A stretch of 64,000 nucleotides of DNA from Dehalococcoidia bacterium (GCA_038227375.1 JBBRPY010000004.1:39565-103564), one strand, 5' to 3'; shown: positions 46,176 through 57,267, counted from the first letter of the stretch. The notes: generated from the sequence alone by a model not told the origin. Made by a program: numbers and translations.

Positions 46176-46961
46176 ATGCCATTCGCGCCGGTGCAGGGCA
46201 CGCAGATCTACTACGAGTCCCACGGCGACGGGCCCGCGGTTGTCTTCGCGCACGGCGCCGGCGGCAACCACCTGAGCTGGTGGCAGCAGATCCCGTTCTT
46301 CTCTCAGCGCTTCCGCTGCATCATCTTCGACCACCGGGCGTTCGGGCGCACCGCCGACGGGGAGGGCGAGGCCAAGCTCGGCCGCCGCGGCTTCCATGAC
46401 GACCTCCGCGACTTGCTGGACCATCTCGGCATCGAGCAGGCACGCATCGTCGCCCAGTCGATGGGCGGCCGGACCGCCGTCGGGTTCGCCCTGCGCAACC
46501 CCGGCCGCTGCACCGCGATGGTGCTGGCGGGGACGACCGGCGGCGCCGTCGACGATGAGATCCGCGAGATGCAGGCGGCCTACCGCGAGACCGACATCGG
46601 GCGCCTGCCGCTGCTCAAGCGAGCCGTCTCTCCGGAACTGAAGGAACGCGCACTCGACCTGGACTTTCTGTACCGGTCGATCGCTCGGCTGAACCCGCCG
46701 CGCGCGAGCGACTTTCTGGCGCCGATCGCCGGCTATCGTGGCAGCTCGGCCGAGCGGCTGGCGCACGCGGGCTTCCCGATCCTATTTCTGGTGGGCGAAC
46801 ACGACGCCATCACGCCGCCAGAGGTCATCGAGCGCTGCCACCGCGCCGTGCCAGGCTCCGCGTATGTGCGGATAGCGGACAGCGGACACTCTAGCTACTT
46901 CGAGCGCCCCGCCGAGTTCAATGCGGCGGTGATGGCGTTCCTGGAATCGACGCTGCCTTAG
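46176..46961 (+). CDS. alpha/beta hydrolase
   Basis: Contains VQGTQIYYESHGDGPAVVFAHGAGGN, nucleophile elbow AQSMGG and C-terminal DSGHS. Confidence 0.85.
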   Translation: MPFAPVQGTQIYYESHGDGPAVVFAHGAGGNHLSWWQQIPFFSQRFRCIIFDHRAFGRTADGEGEAKLGRRGFHDDLRDLLDHLGIEQARIVAQSMGGRTAVGFALRNPGRCTAMVLAGTTGGAVDDEIREMQAAYRETDIGRLPLLKRAVSPELKERALDLDFLYRSIARLNPPRASDFLAPIAGYRGSSAERLAHAGFPILFLVGEHDAITPPEVIERCHRAVPGSAYVRIADSGHSSYFERPAEFNAAVMAFLESTLP

Positions 46962-46984
46962 AGGCAGTCCCCGCGAAGACGAAG

Positions 46985-47332
46985 CTACCCGACGCCGAGC
47001 AACTCGACGTCGAAGGTGAGCTCCGCGTTCGGGGGGATCGCGCCCGGGGCGCCGCGGGCGCCGTAGCCGAGCTCCGACGGGATGATGAGCTGTCGCTTGC
47101 CGCCGACCTTCATGCTCGCGACGCCTTCGTCCCAGCCCTTGATGACTTGGCCGACGCCGATGACGAACTCGAACGGCTGCCCGCGGTCGACCGAGCTATC
47201 GAACTTCTTGCCGTCGGCGAGGCGGCCGGTGTAGTGCACCTTGACCTTCTTGCCGGTCGCCGGCGCGTCGCCTGCGCCGACCACCTCGTCGACGTACTTC
47301 AATCCGCTCGGAGTCGTGACCGGATCTGCCAT
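46985..47332 (-). CDS. FKBP-type peptidyl-prolyl cis-trans isomerase (cytoplasmic)
   Basis: Contains [60 protein letters not shown]. Confidence 0.95.
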   Translation of the reverse strand: MADPVTTPSGLKYVDEVVGAGDAPATGKKVKVHYTGRLADGKKFDSSVDRGQPFEFVIGVGQVIKGWDEGVASMKVGGKRQLIIPSELGYGARGAPGAIPPNAELTFDVELLGVG

Positions 47333-47389
47333 GAAAGATGCTCCTCGTTCTTCGCCGTGTTGGCTACGTTGCTTCGCCGATACGGTGAC

Positions 47390-47989
47390 CTACGGAACGC
47401 TGATCAGCTCAACATCGAATATCAGCACTGAGTTGGCGGGAATCTTCGGCGGTCGCGCCTGCGGCCCGTAGGCGAGCGCGGCAGGGATGATCAGCCGCCG
47501 CTTGCCGCCGACCTTCATCGTCAGGATGCCTTCGTCCCAGCCCTTGATCACGGCGCCGGCGCCAAGCTTGAACGAGAACGGCTGGTTGCGGTCGCGCGAG
47601 CTGTCGAACTTCGTGCCGTCGGTCAGCCACCCGGTGTAGTGAACCGTGACGTTCTGGCCGTTCTGCGGGCTGGCGCCATCACCCACCTTCTCGTCGATGT
47701 ACCGCAGGCCGTCGGGCGTCGACTGGATCGGCGCCGACAGCGGCGGGATGCCGGGCGCGTTGCCATCGCTCTGCGCGGCAGGCGTCGATGATTGCGCCGC
47801 CGCGGGCGCCGATGGCTGCGCGTTCGGCGACGGTGAGCCGGCGGGCTTGACGCCGCCGGTGGCCGGCGTCGCTTGCGTTGAAGGCGTGTTCGACGTCCGG
47901 GTGGGCGTCTTGCTGGTGGAGCTGTCGCTGCCGCAGGCGGCGACGACCGCGGACAGGGCTAGCGCGGACGCGAGCATCAGGATCTTCAT
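47390..47989 (-). CDS. FKBP-type peptidyl-prolyl cis-trans isomerase lipoprotein
   Basis: Lipobox [20 protein letters not shown], a Ser/Thr/Pro/Ala linker, then the FKBP domain [39 protein letters not shown]. Confidence 0.93.
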   Translation of the reverse strand: MKILMLASALALSAVVAACGSDSSTSKTPTRTSNTPSTQATPATGGVKPAGSPSPNAQPSAPAAAQSSTPAAQSDGNAPGIPPLSAPIQSTPDGLRYIDEKVGDGASPQNGQNVTVHYTGWLTDGTKFDSSRDRNQPFSFKLGAGAVIKGWDEGILTMKVGGKRRLIIPAALAYGPQARPPKIPANSVLIFDVELISVP

Positions 47990-48274
47990 GGTTGTCCTCC
48001 TCCGACAGCCGATATTGTGCTGGCTCCTGAGGCAGCGGGCAACTCTCCGGAAGCCGCATGGGTAGAATCGAACGCGAGACGCGGATGCTGGTCGCGCATC
48101 CAGCGCGGCCTCGCGGGGACAGCCGGACGGTGGCCAACCGCTGGGTCATCGCGACCGCGGCTCCATACGATTATATTCAACCGCCGCGGACGCGGCGGAT
48201 AGCTCGCCGCCGGCGGGTGTCCGCGGTCGATTCGCGCCGAGCGCGCATCGTGACGTGATGAAGGAGAGTGAACC

Positions 48275-49927
48275 ATGGCAGAGATCGACGGCGCGACGAT
48301 GATCGCGCGCAGCCTCAAGCAGCACGGCGTCGAGTACATGTTTGGCATCGTCGGCATTCCGGTGGTGCCGATCGCCTTCGCCGCCCAACGCGAAGGCATC
48401 AAGTACATCGGGATGCGGCACGAGCAGTCGGCATCGTACGCGGCTCAGGCCGTCGGCTATCTGACCGGGCGGCCGGGCGCCTGTCTGGCGGTGTCCGGAC
48501 CGGGCATGACGAACGCCATCTCGGGCATCGCGAACGCCTGGTCGAACCGCTGGCCGATGATCCTGCTTGGCGGCTCGTCCGATATCTCGCAGCACGGCAT
48601 GGGCGCGTTCCAGGAAGCGCCGCAGGTCGAAGCCGCGCGCCCGTGGTGCAAGCTCTCGGCGCAGGTCGACCGCATCGAACGCATCCCGTACTACATCGAA
48701 CAGGCCGTGCGCACGTCGATCTACGGCCGGCCCGGCCCGGTGTACCTCGACCTGCCCGGCGACATCATCAGCGGCAGAGTGGATGACGCCCTCGCGCCGC
48801 AACGGCCGCGCGTCCCCGATGCGCCCCGGCCGTACGCCGACCCGGCGTCGGTGGAGGCGGCACTGGCTGCGCTGAAGACGGCGGAACGACCACTGGTGAT
48901 CGTCGGCAAGGGCGCGGCGTACGCGGACGCGTCGGACGAGGTACGCGCGTTCATCGAGTCGACGCAGTTGCCGTTCCTGGCGTCGCCGATGGGCAAGGGC
49001 GTGCTGCCCGACGACCACCCGCTGTCGGTGGCGCCCGCCCGCTCGCACGTGCTGCAGAACGCCGACCTCGTCTTTCTGATGGGCGCGCGGCTCAACTGGA
49101 TCCTGCACTTCGGGCTGCCTCCGCGGTTCAATCCGGATGTCCGCGTCGTGCAAATGGACATCGCGGCCGAGGAGATTGGAACCAATGTCCCGGCCGAAGT
49201 TGCGCTCGTCGGCGATGCGCAAGCGGTCACCGCGCAGCTCAACGCCGCGCTCCGCGACCAGCCGTGGCAGTTCGCCGCGGAGAACATCTGGCGCACCGGC
49301 ATCGAGAAGAAGATCGAAGAGAACCGCCTCTCGACGCAGGCGATGCTCGACGACGACCGCGTGCCGATGGGCTACTATCGCGTGCTGCGGGACATCCGCG
49401 ACGCACTGCCGAAGGATGCGATGATCTGCAGCGAGGGCGCGAGCACGATGGACATCGGCCGCACGGTGCTCCCGAACTTCCTGCCGAAACACCGCCTCGA
49501 TGCTGGCAGCTTCGGGACGATGGGCGTCGGCTTGGCGTTCGCCATCGCCGCGCAGGCCGTGTACCCGGGCAAGCGCGTGGTGGCCGTTGAGGGCGACTCG
49601 GCGTTCGGGTTCAGCGGCATGGAGGTCGAGGTGGCGTGCCGCTATGGCATGCCGATCACCTTCATCATCCTCAACAACAACGGCATCGGAGGCGGCCCCA
49701 GCACGTTGGACCCGATGAAAGTGCTGCCCACGTCGTACGTCCCGAACGCGCGATACGAGAAGGTGATCGAGGCGTTCGGCGGCGACGGCTATTTCGTTGA
49801 GACGCCGGAGCAACTGAAGCCGGCGCTCGACGCCGCATTCGCCAGCGGCCGCCCGAACATCATCAACATCATGATCAGCGCGCAGTCGCGCCGCAAGCCG
49901 CAGCAGTTCGAGTGGCTGACGCGGTGA
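48275..49927 (+). CDS. thiamine-diphosphate enzyme of the oxalyl-CoA decarboxylase / 2-hydroxyacyl-CoA lyase family
   Basis: Contains GVEYMFGIVGIPVVPIAFAAQREGIKYIGMRHEQSASYAAQAVGYLTGRPGACLAVSGPGMTNA...GAFQEAPQVEAARP...GDSAFGFSGMEVE. No formyl-CoA transferase gene is adjacent. Confidence 0.85.
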   Translation: MAEIDGATMIARSLKQHGVEYMFGIVGIPVVPIAFAAQREGIKYIGMRHEQSASYAAQAVGYLTGRPGACLAVSGPGMTNAISGIANAWSNRWPMILLGGSSDISQHGMGAFQEAPQVEAARPWCKLSAQVDRIERIPYYIEQAVRTSIYGRPGPVYLDLPGDIISGRVDDALAPQRPRVPDAPRPYADPASVEAALAALKTAERPLVIVGKGAAYADASDEVRAFIESTQLPFLASPMGKGVLPDDHPLSVAPARSHVLQNADLVFLMGARLNWILHFGLPPRFNPDVRVVQMDIAAEEIGTNVPAEVALVGDAQAVTAQLNAALRDQPWQFAAENIWRTGIEKKIEENRLSTQAMLDDDRVPMGYYRVLRDIRDALPKDAMICSEGASTMDIGRTVLPNFLPKHRLDAGSFGTMGVGLAFAIAAQAVYPGKRVVAVEGDSAFGFSGMEVEVACRYGMPITFIILNNNGIGGGPSTLDPMKVLPTSYVPNARYEKVIEAFGGDGYFVETPEQLKPALDAAFASGRPNIINIMISAQSRRKPQQFEWLTR

Positions 49928-49942
49928 CCGGTTCGGGGTGGT

Positions 49943-50002
49943 GGTCGGTCGTCGGTCGTCGGTCGTCGGTCGTCGGTCGTCGGTCGTCGGTCGTCGGTCG
50001 TC
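49943..50002 (+). repeat. GGTCGTC x8 perfect heptanucleotide tandem array
   Basis: Units counted directly over 49947-50002, plus a partial unit at 49943-49946. Starts 16 nt after the stop at 49927. Confidence 0.95.
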
Positions 50003-50105
50003 GGGGATAGTACGTCCGCTCGACGCGGCAATCGCTGCGATGCCAGCGCGCGCGGCCCGATCGAAAGACGAACGGCGCAACGTTTAGGCATCGATGGAGG
50101 AGTGT

Positions 50106-50154
50106 CCCCCGACGACCGCCGACCGACGACCGAGGACAGACGACCCGACGAACC
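50106..50154 (-). repeat. imperfect GACGACC array (inverted partner of 49943-50002)
   Basis: CCCCC GACGACC GCCGACC GACGACC GAGGACA GACGACC CGACGAA CC. Ends 5 nt before the stop codon at 50159-50161 of the minus-strand gene. Confidence 0.85.
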
Positions 50155-50158
50155 GCCC

Positions 50159-50797
50159 CTAGAGTCTCTCCCCGAACTCCGCGAGCCGCTGCTCCAGGCG
50201 CCGCTGCTGGACCGAGAGCGTGAGGTCGCCGCGGGTCTTCTCGAGGATGCCGCGGACGCTGTCGGTGGTCCGGCGCAGGCCGCCCGTCATCGCGTCGGGA
50301 TAGTCGACCGTGACGAGCACCGAGTACATCTCGTCCATGTCGCCGAGCCACTGCTCGCACTGCTCGACATCGCCCGCACGCAAAGTGTCGAGCAGATGAC
50401 GGCGCAGCTCGCCGACCGCCTCGCCCATGCCGTTGAGGTACGCCGGCAACTCCACATCGAGCGCCTCGGGCGTCGGGAGCGGCCGCCCGGCGATCAGCCC
50501 GAGGGTGATCGAGGCCTCCGCGAACTCCTTCTGGGCATCGTGCACAAAGCCGGCGTGATAGATCGCGCCGTGCCCCGCCAGGCATTCCTTCGCCTTTGCC
50601 AGCTCGCCGCCCGCCTTGCCCGCCAGCTCCTCCGCGAGGACGAAATCGTTGCGGTGCACGGCGCGGATGGCGTTCGCCGAGAAGCGGATGGCCGTGCGGC
50701 AGAGCGGCAGCGCGGTCTCGCGGGCGGCGTTCTTCGACGCGAAGTCCGCGCCAGCGCGCTCCATGATCGCATCGAGCGCCCCGCTCAGCTCACTCAC
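50159..50797 (-). CDS. translin-family protein
   Basis: All-helical 212-aa ORF with ..HDAQKEFAEASI..YLNGMGEAVGELRR..VDYPDAMTGGLRRTTDSVRGILEKTRGDL. The assignment is from recalled family patterns, not a search. Confidence 0.55.
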   Translation of the reverse strand: MSELSGALDAIMERAGADFASKNAARETALPLCRTAIRFSANAIRAVHRNDFVLAEELAGKAGGELAKAKECLAGHGAIYHAGFVHDAQKEFAEASITLGLIAGRPLPTPEALDVELPAYLNGMGEAVGELRRHLLDTLRAGDVEQCEQWLGDMDEMYSVLVTVDYPDAMTGGLRRTTDSVRGILEKTRGDLTLSVQQRRLEQRLAEFGERL

Positions 50798-50875
50798 CGG
50801 GGGCCCCGCCCGTGCGCCCCGACGGGAGGACGGCCACCAGACTGAAACAGCGGAAGATGGCAGGTCCCCGCGGCC

Positions 50876-51208
50876 TCACAGGTCCTTCACCGCATCCGGC
50901 AGCTCGCCTTCGCGCGCGGCGTCGATCATCGTGCGGGCCTCGTCGGGAAGATCCATGCCGTAGTCGTCGAATTGCTTCTCGACCCAGCGGCCGATCTGCC
51001 GCGGGTCCTTGTAGTCCTCTGCGCGCTGCGGCATGCCGAGATCTTCCATGACGCGCTGGCCGCTCTTGTGATAGGCGAAGCGGCTGAGGGCGCGGGCCGT
51101 CGTGGCGCCGCAGTACTGGCAGGCGGGCGGCGCCTCGCGGTCGAGATTGCGGACGAAGGCGCTCGTGACGCGCTCGCACTTCCGGCATTTGTACTCGTAA
51201 ATGGGCAT
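50876..51208 (-). CDS. FmdB-family zinc-ribbon protein
   Basis: Contains MPIYEYKCRKCERVTSAFVRNLDREAPPACQYCGA. Confidence 0.8.
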   Translation of the reverse strand: MPIYEYKCRKCERVTSAFVRNLDREAPPACQYCGATTARALSRFAYHKSGQRVMEDLGMPQRAEDYKDPRQIGRWVEKQFDDYGMDLPDEARTMIDAAREGELPDAVKDL

Positions 51209-51298
51209 TGCGCAGTCAGTATAGCGATGGCCCCGGTTCGAGATGGCGCCGGCGTCCTGCCTGCGACGCGCATCGAGCAGGCGTCGGTGGGCGCGCCG

Positions 51299-51667
51299 TC
51301 AGAAGTCGTCGCCGTCGTCGAAGCCGCCGTCGCCTTCGGCCATCACCGACTCCGGGTCCTCGCCGCCTTCGATGCGGCCGACCATGTCGTCGAACTCCGG
51401 GCCAAGGTCCTCGCCCATCTCATCCTTCATCTGCCGCGCCCAGCGGGCGACAGCGCGCGGGTCCTGCTCGTCGATATCGTCCATGCCCCCGGCGCCGTCG
51501 GCGTCGAAGCGAGGGGCCGCGCCGTGCACCGCAAACTTCGACATCAGGCGGCTGATCTTCGCGCTGCCGCAATGCTCGCACCGCGGCTTCCCGGACGAGG
51601 CGACGTTTCGGACGAAGAGGGAGCTCCGGCGCTTGCAGGCGGCACAGCGATATTCGTAGATGGGCAT
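51299..51667 (-). CDS. FmdB-family zinc-ribbon protein with acidic C-terminal tail
   Basis: MPIYEYRCAACKRRSSLFVRNVASSGKPRCEHCGS, with an acidic tail ..EGDGGFDDGDDF. Confidence 0.8.
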   Translation of the reverse strand: MPIYEYRCAACKRRSSLFVRNVASSGKPRCEHCGSAKISRLMSKFAVHGAAPRFDADGAGGMDDIDEQDPRAVARWARQMKDEMGEDLGPEFDDMVGRIEGGEDPESVMAEGDGGFDDGDDF

Positions 51668-51861
51668 GCGGCATGGTACCGGCCCTCACCCTCTCCTACG
51701 GCGAGTCTTCGACCGCCCGTTCGGGCTCCCCTCTCCCACGACGCGAGGGGAACTCGGCGAAAGAGCATCCGTGACATTGGAACTGTGGGCGCAGCACGCC
51801 ATCGTCGCTAAGCTCCCTCGCGGGAGACGGTCGCGACTCCGCGGTGCGAGCGCGCCGTGGT

Positions 51862-52236
51862 CTACTGCGGCCGCACGGCGTCCTCGTAGTGGGTGACCTT
51901 GCGCAAGACGCCGGCACGGTCGAGCTCTACCGTCACGACGTCGATGCGCATCGGCATCTGCGCCAGCGCCGGGTGGCGCTCGATGTACCAGTCGGCGGCG
52001 AGCAGCACCTTTTTCGACTTGCGCGGGCCGACGGAGAGCGCCGCAAGGCCGCGATCGCCGCCTCGCCGCGTGCGCACTTCGACAAAGACCAGCATGCCGG
52101 CGTCTTCGGCGACGAGATCGAGTTCCGCCTCCGCGACGCGAAACTTCCGGTCGATGATCCGATAGCCCTTCGCCTCGAGATGCGCGGCCGCTACGCGCTC
52201 GCCGAAGTCGCCGAGGTGTTGCCGCTCATCAGGCAA
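51862..52236 (-). CDS. yraN: YraN family (UPF0102) endonuclease-like protein
   Basis: Contains LGDFGERVAAAHLEAKGYRIIDRKFRVAEAELDLVAEDAGMLVFVEVRTRR. TTG 52236 overlaps the rnhB stop (TTGCCTGA). The ORF-track start at 52296 would overlap rnhB by 68 nt. Confidence 0.8.
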   Translation of the reverse strand: MPDERQHLGDFGERVAAAHLEAKGYRIIDRKFRVAEAELDLVAEDAGMLVFVEVRTRRGGDRGLAALSVGPRKSKKVLLAADWYIERHPALAQMPMRIDVVTVELDRAGVLRKVTHYEDAVRPQ

Positions 52237-52939
52237 GCGCGGCTTCCAACTCGCGCTCGTCCATGTCGATGTCCGCCATCGCGCCATCGGGCGCATGGCC
52301 GACGGTTATGCCGCGGGCGGCGAGCGACGCGCGCACCGGCGCAAACCGGCGGCGGTGGATCTCGCAGGGGCCATGCTCATCCAGCGCCCGCAGATGCTCC
52401 GGCGTCGCGTAGCCGCGATGCTGGTTGAAGCCGTACGCCGGGAAGCGCAGGTGGTACTCCTCCATCGTCGCGTCGCGCGCGGTCTTCGCGATGATCGAGG
52501 CGGCCGCGATCGACGCGCACAGTGCGTCCCCGTGGATGATCGCGCGATGGCGGAAGTCCGGTAGAGAAATGGCGTCGATCAGCAGCATGTCCGGCCGGCA
52601 CGGCAGCGCCGCGACCGCGAGCCGCATGGCCAGCTTGCGCGCGGCCGTGAGGCCTAGCCGGTCGATCAGGCTGTGGGAGGCGGCGCCGATGCCCCAGGCG
52701 CAGTCGGCACGAATGGCGCTGCCGAGGCGGTCGCGCTCGGGCGCCGGCAGCATTTTGCTGTCGCGCAGCTCGGACCACCACGCGCGCGCGCGATTCGGTT
52801 CGAGAATGACAGCCCCGGCTACGACGGGACCGGCAAGGGGGCCGCAGCCGGCTTCATCGACGCCGGCGACATGTCGATAGCCTTTGCGCCAGGCAAGAAG
52901 TTCGGCGTTGATCGTGGGCACGGCGACGAATTGGCCCAT
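52229..52939 (-). CDS. rnhB: ribonuclease HII
   Basis: Contains VAGVDEAGCGPLAGPVVAGAVIL...DSKMLPAPERDRL...AASIIAKTARD...GYATPEH. The start is at ATG 52939 (aa 100 of the ORF 52229-53236). Confidence 0.92.
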   Translation of the reverse strand: MGQFVAVPTINAELLAWRKGYRHVAGVDEAGCGPLAGPVVAGAVILEPNRARAWWSELRDSKMLPAPERDRLGSAIRADCAWGIGAASHSLIDRLGLTAARKLAMRLAVAALPCRPDMLLIDAISLPDFRHRAIIHGDALCASIAAASIIAKTARDATMEEYHLRFPAYGFNQHRGYATPEHLRALDEHGPCEIHRRRFAPVRASLAARGITVGHAPDGAMADIDMDERELEAALA

Positions 52940-53021
52940 CCCGGCGATGCTATCACCGAAGTGAGAAGCTGTAAAGCGGTTATGTCTCAGAAACGAAGGC
53001 GAGCGCCGGCCGACACGGGGC

Positions 53022-53050
53022 AATCCACGGAGCACACAAAGAACACAGAA
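53022..53050 (-). repeat. C/A-rich short-period array AATCCACGGAGCACACAAAGAACACAGAA
   Basis: Its reverse complement TTCTGTGTTCTTTGTGTGCTCCGTGGATT resembles the end of 53116-53182 (..CTCTGCGTTCTCTGTGGATT). Confidence 0.7.
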
Positions 53051-53115
53051 ATGGGCGGGGTACGGGCAGCGTGCTGGGTTTCCCTCGATCTTACTTCTGT
53101 CACGAAGCGGATCGC

Positions 53116-53182
53116 TGGCTCTCTCCTCTGTGCCCTCTCGGTGGCTCTCTCCTCTGTGCCCTCTGCGTTCTCTGTGGATTCC
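53116..53182 (+). repeat. T/G/C short-period array with an internal 26-nt duplication (TGGCTCTCTCCTCTGTGCCCTC x2) ending CTGCGTTCTCTGTGGATTCC
   Basis: Read directly from the sequence. Same family as 22794-22820 and 24176-24206. Confidence 0.8.
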
Positions 53183-53276
53183 TTCTAAGATGCCTGGGTG
53201 AGCTTTGGCCTTCAAAACGCCATCGCCCGAACGCACAGTGAGCCGTCAGGCCTGGGCCTGAAGACGAGGAGACAGC

Positions 53277-53465
53277 ATGCCCATCGTCCGCATCGAGATG
53301 TTTCCCGGGAGGACCCACGCGCAGAAGCAGGAGCTGGCGCGTGCGATCACCGAGGCGGTGGCGAACATCGCGCACACGACGCCGGAAGCGACGATCGTCA
53401 TCTTCGAGGACGTCGAGCGGGACAACTGGGCGCAGGCCGGGAAGCTTGCGTCGGACGAAGACTAA
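53277..53465 (+). CDS. 4-oxalocrotonate tautomerase family protein
   Basis: MPIVRIEMFPGRTHAQKQELARAITEAV... (catalytic Pro-1); 62 aa. Confidence 0.88.
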   Translation: MPIVRIEMFPGRTHAQKQELARAITEAVANIAHTTPEATIVIFEDVERDNWAQAGKLASDED

Positions 53466-53642
53466 GGGTTCTGCCGATAGGAGCGGCCGTTGCCACCGCG
53501 GATACTCACGTTGGTCCGGTGATCCGTGACGCCGGACACCATCGCGCTCGGCATGCGGCCGCCGTGGGTGGAGGCGGCCCCAAATCATTACAGGGGGATT
53601 AAGCCTGTCAAGACGAGACGATCGGCCGCAGCGTGGCTGGCG

Positions 53643-53669
53643 TTAGATCAGGCGACGCTCTGTTATACT
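53643..53669 (+). promoter_or_regulatory. possible ftsH promoter
   Basis: TTAGAT, 15 nt, TATACT, about 50 nt upstream of ATG 53720. The spacer is shorter than optimal. Confidence 0.25.
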
Positions 53670-53719
53670 GATGGAACGCACCTCATCTCCCCATGCGGGG
53701 AAGAAGGCCAGGTAACCTC

Positions 53720-55714
<1,995 letters not shown>

Positions 55715-55860
55715 CGGCCGCGGCCGCGTCAGTGGCAATGAACTTGCGAGAGAAGCTCTGATTGTGGAGCCTCTCCTGATTGACGGCGCAGTGCTCACGC
55801 TCCGTACGTGCTGCAACCACGACGACGTCTACCGCAACCCGTAGCCTTACGCCGGATCCT

Positions 55861-57084
55861 TTACAGCAGATCGCCGGTCGCGCTGCGGGTGCTCTTCGTC
55901 TCCTTGAACGCGGCGATGACGTTGCGGGCGATCGTCTGCTGGTGCACCTCATCGGCGCCGTCGACCAGCCGCGCCGAGCGGGCGTTGCGCATCAGGCGCT
56001 CGAGCGGTGTGTCAGTCGAATAGCCAAGGGCGCCGTGCACCTGGATCGCCCGGTCGACGATGCGCCAGAGCGAATTCGCCACATGGTGCTTGGCGAATGA
56101 GACCTCCTGCTTGAACGGCAGGCCGTGCTCGATCTTGTAGGCGGCGTGCAGGACCATCAGCTTCGCCGCGTAGAGCTCCATCGCCGAATCCGCCATCATC
56201 CACTGGATCGCCTGCTTGTCGGCGAGCAGCGAACCGTGCGACTCGCGGTGCAGGGCGCGGTCGACCAGCATCTCCAGCGCCACCTCGGCCTGGCCGATCC
56301 AGCGCATGCAGTGCGCCAGGCGCGCCGGACCGAGGCGATATTGCCCCAGCAGGTGGCCATGCCCGCGCTGGCCCAGCATGTTTTCCGCCGGCACCCGCAG
56401 GTTGGTGATGCGGATCTCGCAGTGGTTCCCCTGCCCCGCCATCGTGTCGATGTCGCGCACGATCTCCCAGCCCTCCGCCGGCAGGTCCACAAGGAATGCC
56501 GAATTGCGCGCTTGCGGCGGGTCGGCGTCGGGGTCGGTCCGGGCGATCAGGATGGCGAAGCGCGCGCCTTTGGCGCCGGAGATGAACCACTTGTGGCCGT
56601 TGATCACCCAATCATCGCCATCCTTCACGGCCGAGGTCTGGATGCCGGTCGGGTCCGAGCCCGCGACTTCGGGCTCGGTCATCGCGAAGCATGAACGCGA
56701 GCGGCCCTCGGCGAGCGGGCGGAGGTAGCGCTCCTTCTGGTCGTCGTTCGCGTTGTGCAGCAGCGTGTGCATGTTGCCCTCATCGGGCGCCTGCGCGTTC
56801 AGGACATACGGCCCGATGCCGGTCCGACCCGCCTCCGCCGAAACGAAGGCCATCGCAACATTCCCGAGCCCCATGCCATCCCACTCTTTGGGCAGATGCG
56901 GGTTCCATAAGCCGAGCTCATGCGCGCGCCGCCGCAGGCCGCCGATCACCGAGATGTAGCCGTTGCGGTCTGCCTCGTTCTGCCGTAGGTTCTCCTCGGC
57001 GGGACGGACTTCCTCGTCCATGAACGTTCGGACGCGAAGACGGACATCTTCGACCTCGGGCGACAGCGTGAAGTCGATGGCCAT
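55861..57084 (-). CDS. acyl-CoA dehydrogenase
   Basis: MAIDFTLSPEVEDVRLRVRTFMDEE...CFAMTEPEVAGSDPTGIQTSAVKDGDDWVINGHKWFISGA. AAGGAGGA lies upstream of ATG 57084. Confidence 0.92.
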   Translation of the reverse strand: MAIDFTLSPEVEDVRLRVRTFMDEEVRPAEENLRQNEADRNGYISVIGGLRRRAHELGLWNPHLPKEWDGMGLGNVAMAFVSAEAGRTGIGPYVLNAQAPDEGNMHTLLHNANDDQKERYLRPLAEGRSRSCFAMTEPEVAGSDPTGIQTSAVKDGDDWVINGHKWFISGAKGARFAILIARTDPDADPPQARNSAFLVDLPAEGWEIVRDIDTMAGQGNHCEIRITNLRVPAENMLGQRGHGHLLGQYRLGPARLAHCMRWIGQAEVALEMLVDRALHRESHGSLLADKQAIQWMMADSAMELYAAKLMVLHAAYKIEHGLPFKQEVSFAKHHVANSLWRIVDRAIQVHGALGYSTDTPLERLMRNARSARLVDGADEVHQQTIARNVIAAFKETKSTRSATGDLL

Positions 57085-57267
57085 AGGGAATCCTCCTTGC
57101 ATTTGCGACGCAGGACGATCGCGCCGCTTGCGCCCGCCGCGTGGGGGAAATTGTAGTCTCGCGGCCCGCCTGCGTCACGCCGGATGAGACGCGCGTAGCA
57201 GAGCTTCCGCCACGGCGCCCGTAGCGGAGGTCGCCGCGGCGACCGTCACGACACCAGAAGGACCGAG

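Noticed and set aside
48146-50080. 644-aa minus-strand ORF
   Set aside because: It is antisense to the ThDP enzyme gene at 48275-49927. Its N-terminus (PTTDDRRPTTDDRR) is only the translated GGTCGTC array.
49943-50154. Heptamer arrays as a CRISPR array
   Set aside because: The period is 7 nt with no unique spacers. There are no cas genes in the window, and the repeats are far shorter than any CRISPR repeat.
52940-53236. N-terminal extension of the rnhB ORF
   Set aside because: It is a translation of the repeat-rich intergenic region (..HFCVLCVLRG..). The conserved RNase HII N-terminus begins at ATG 52939.
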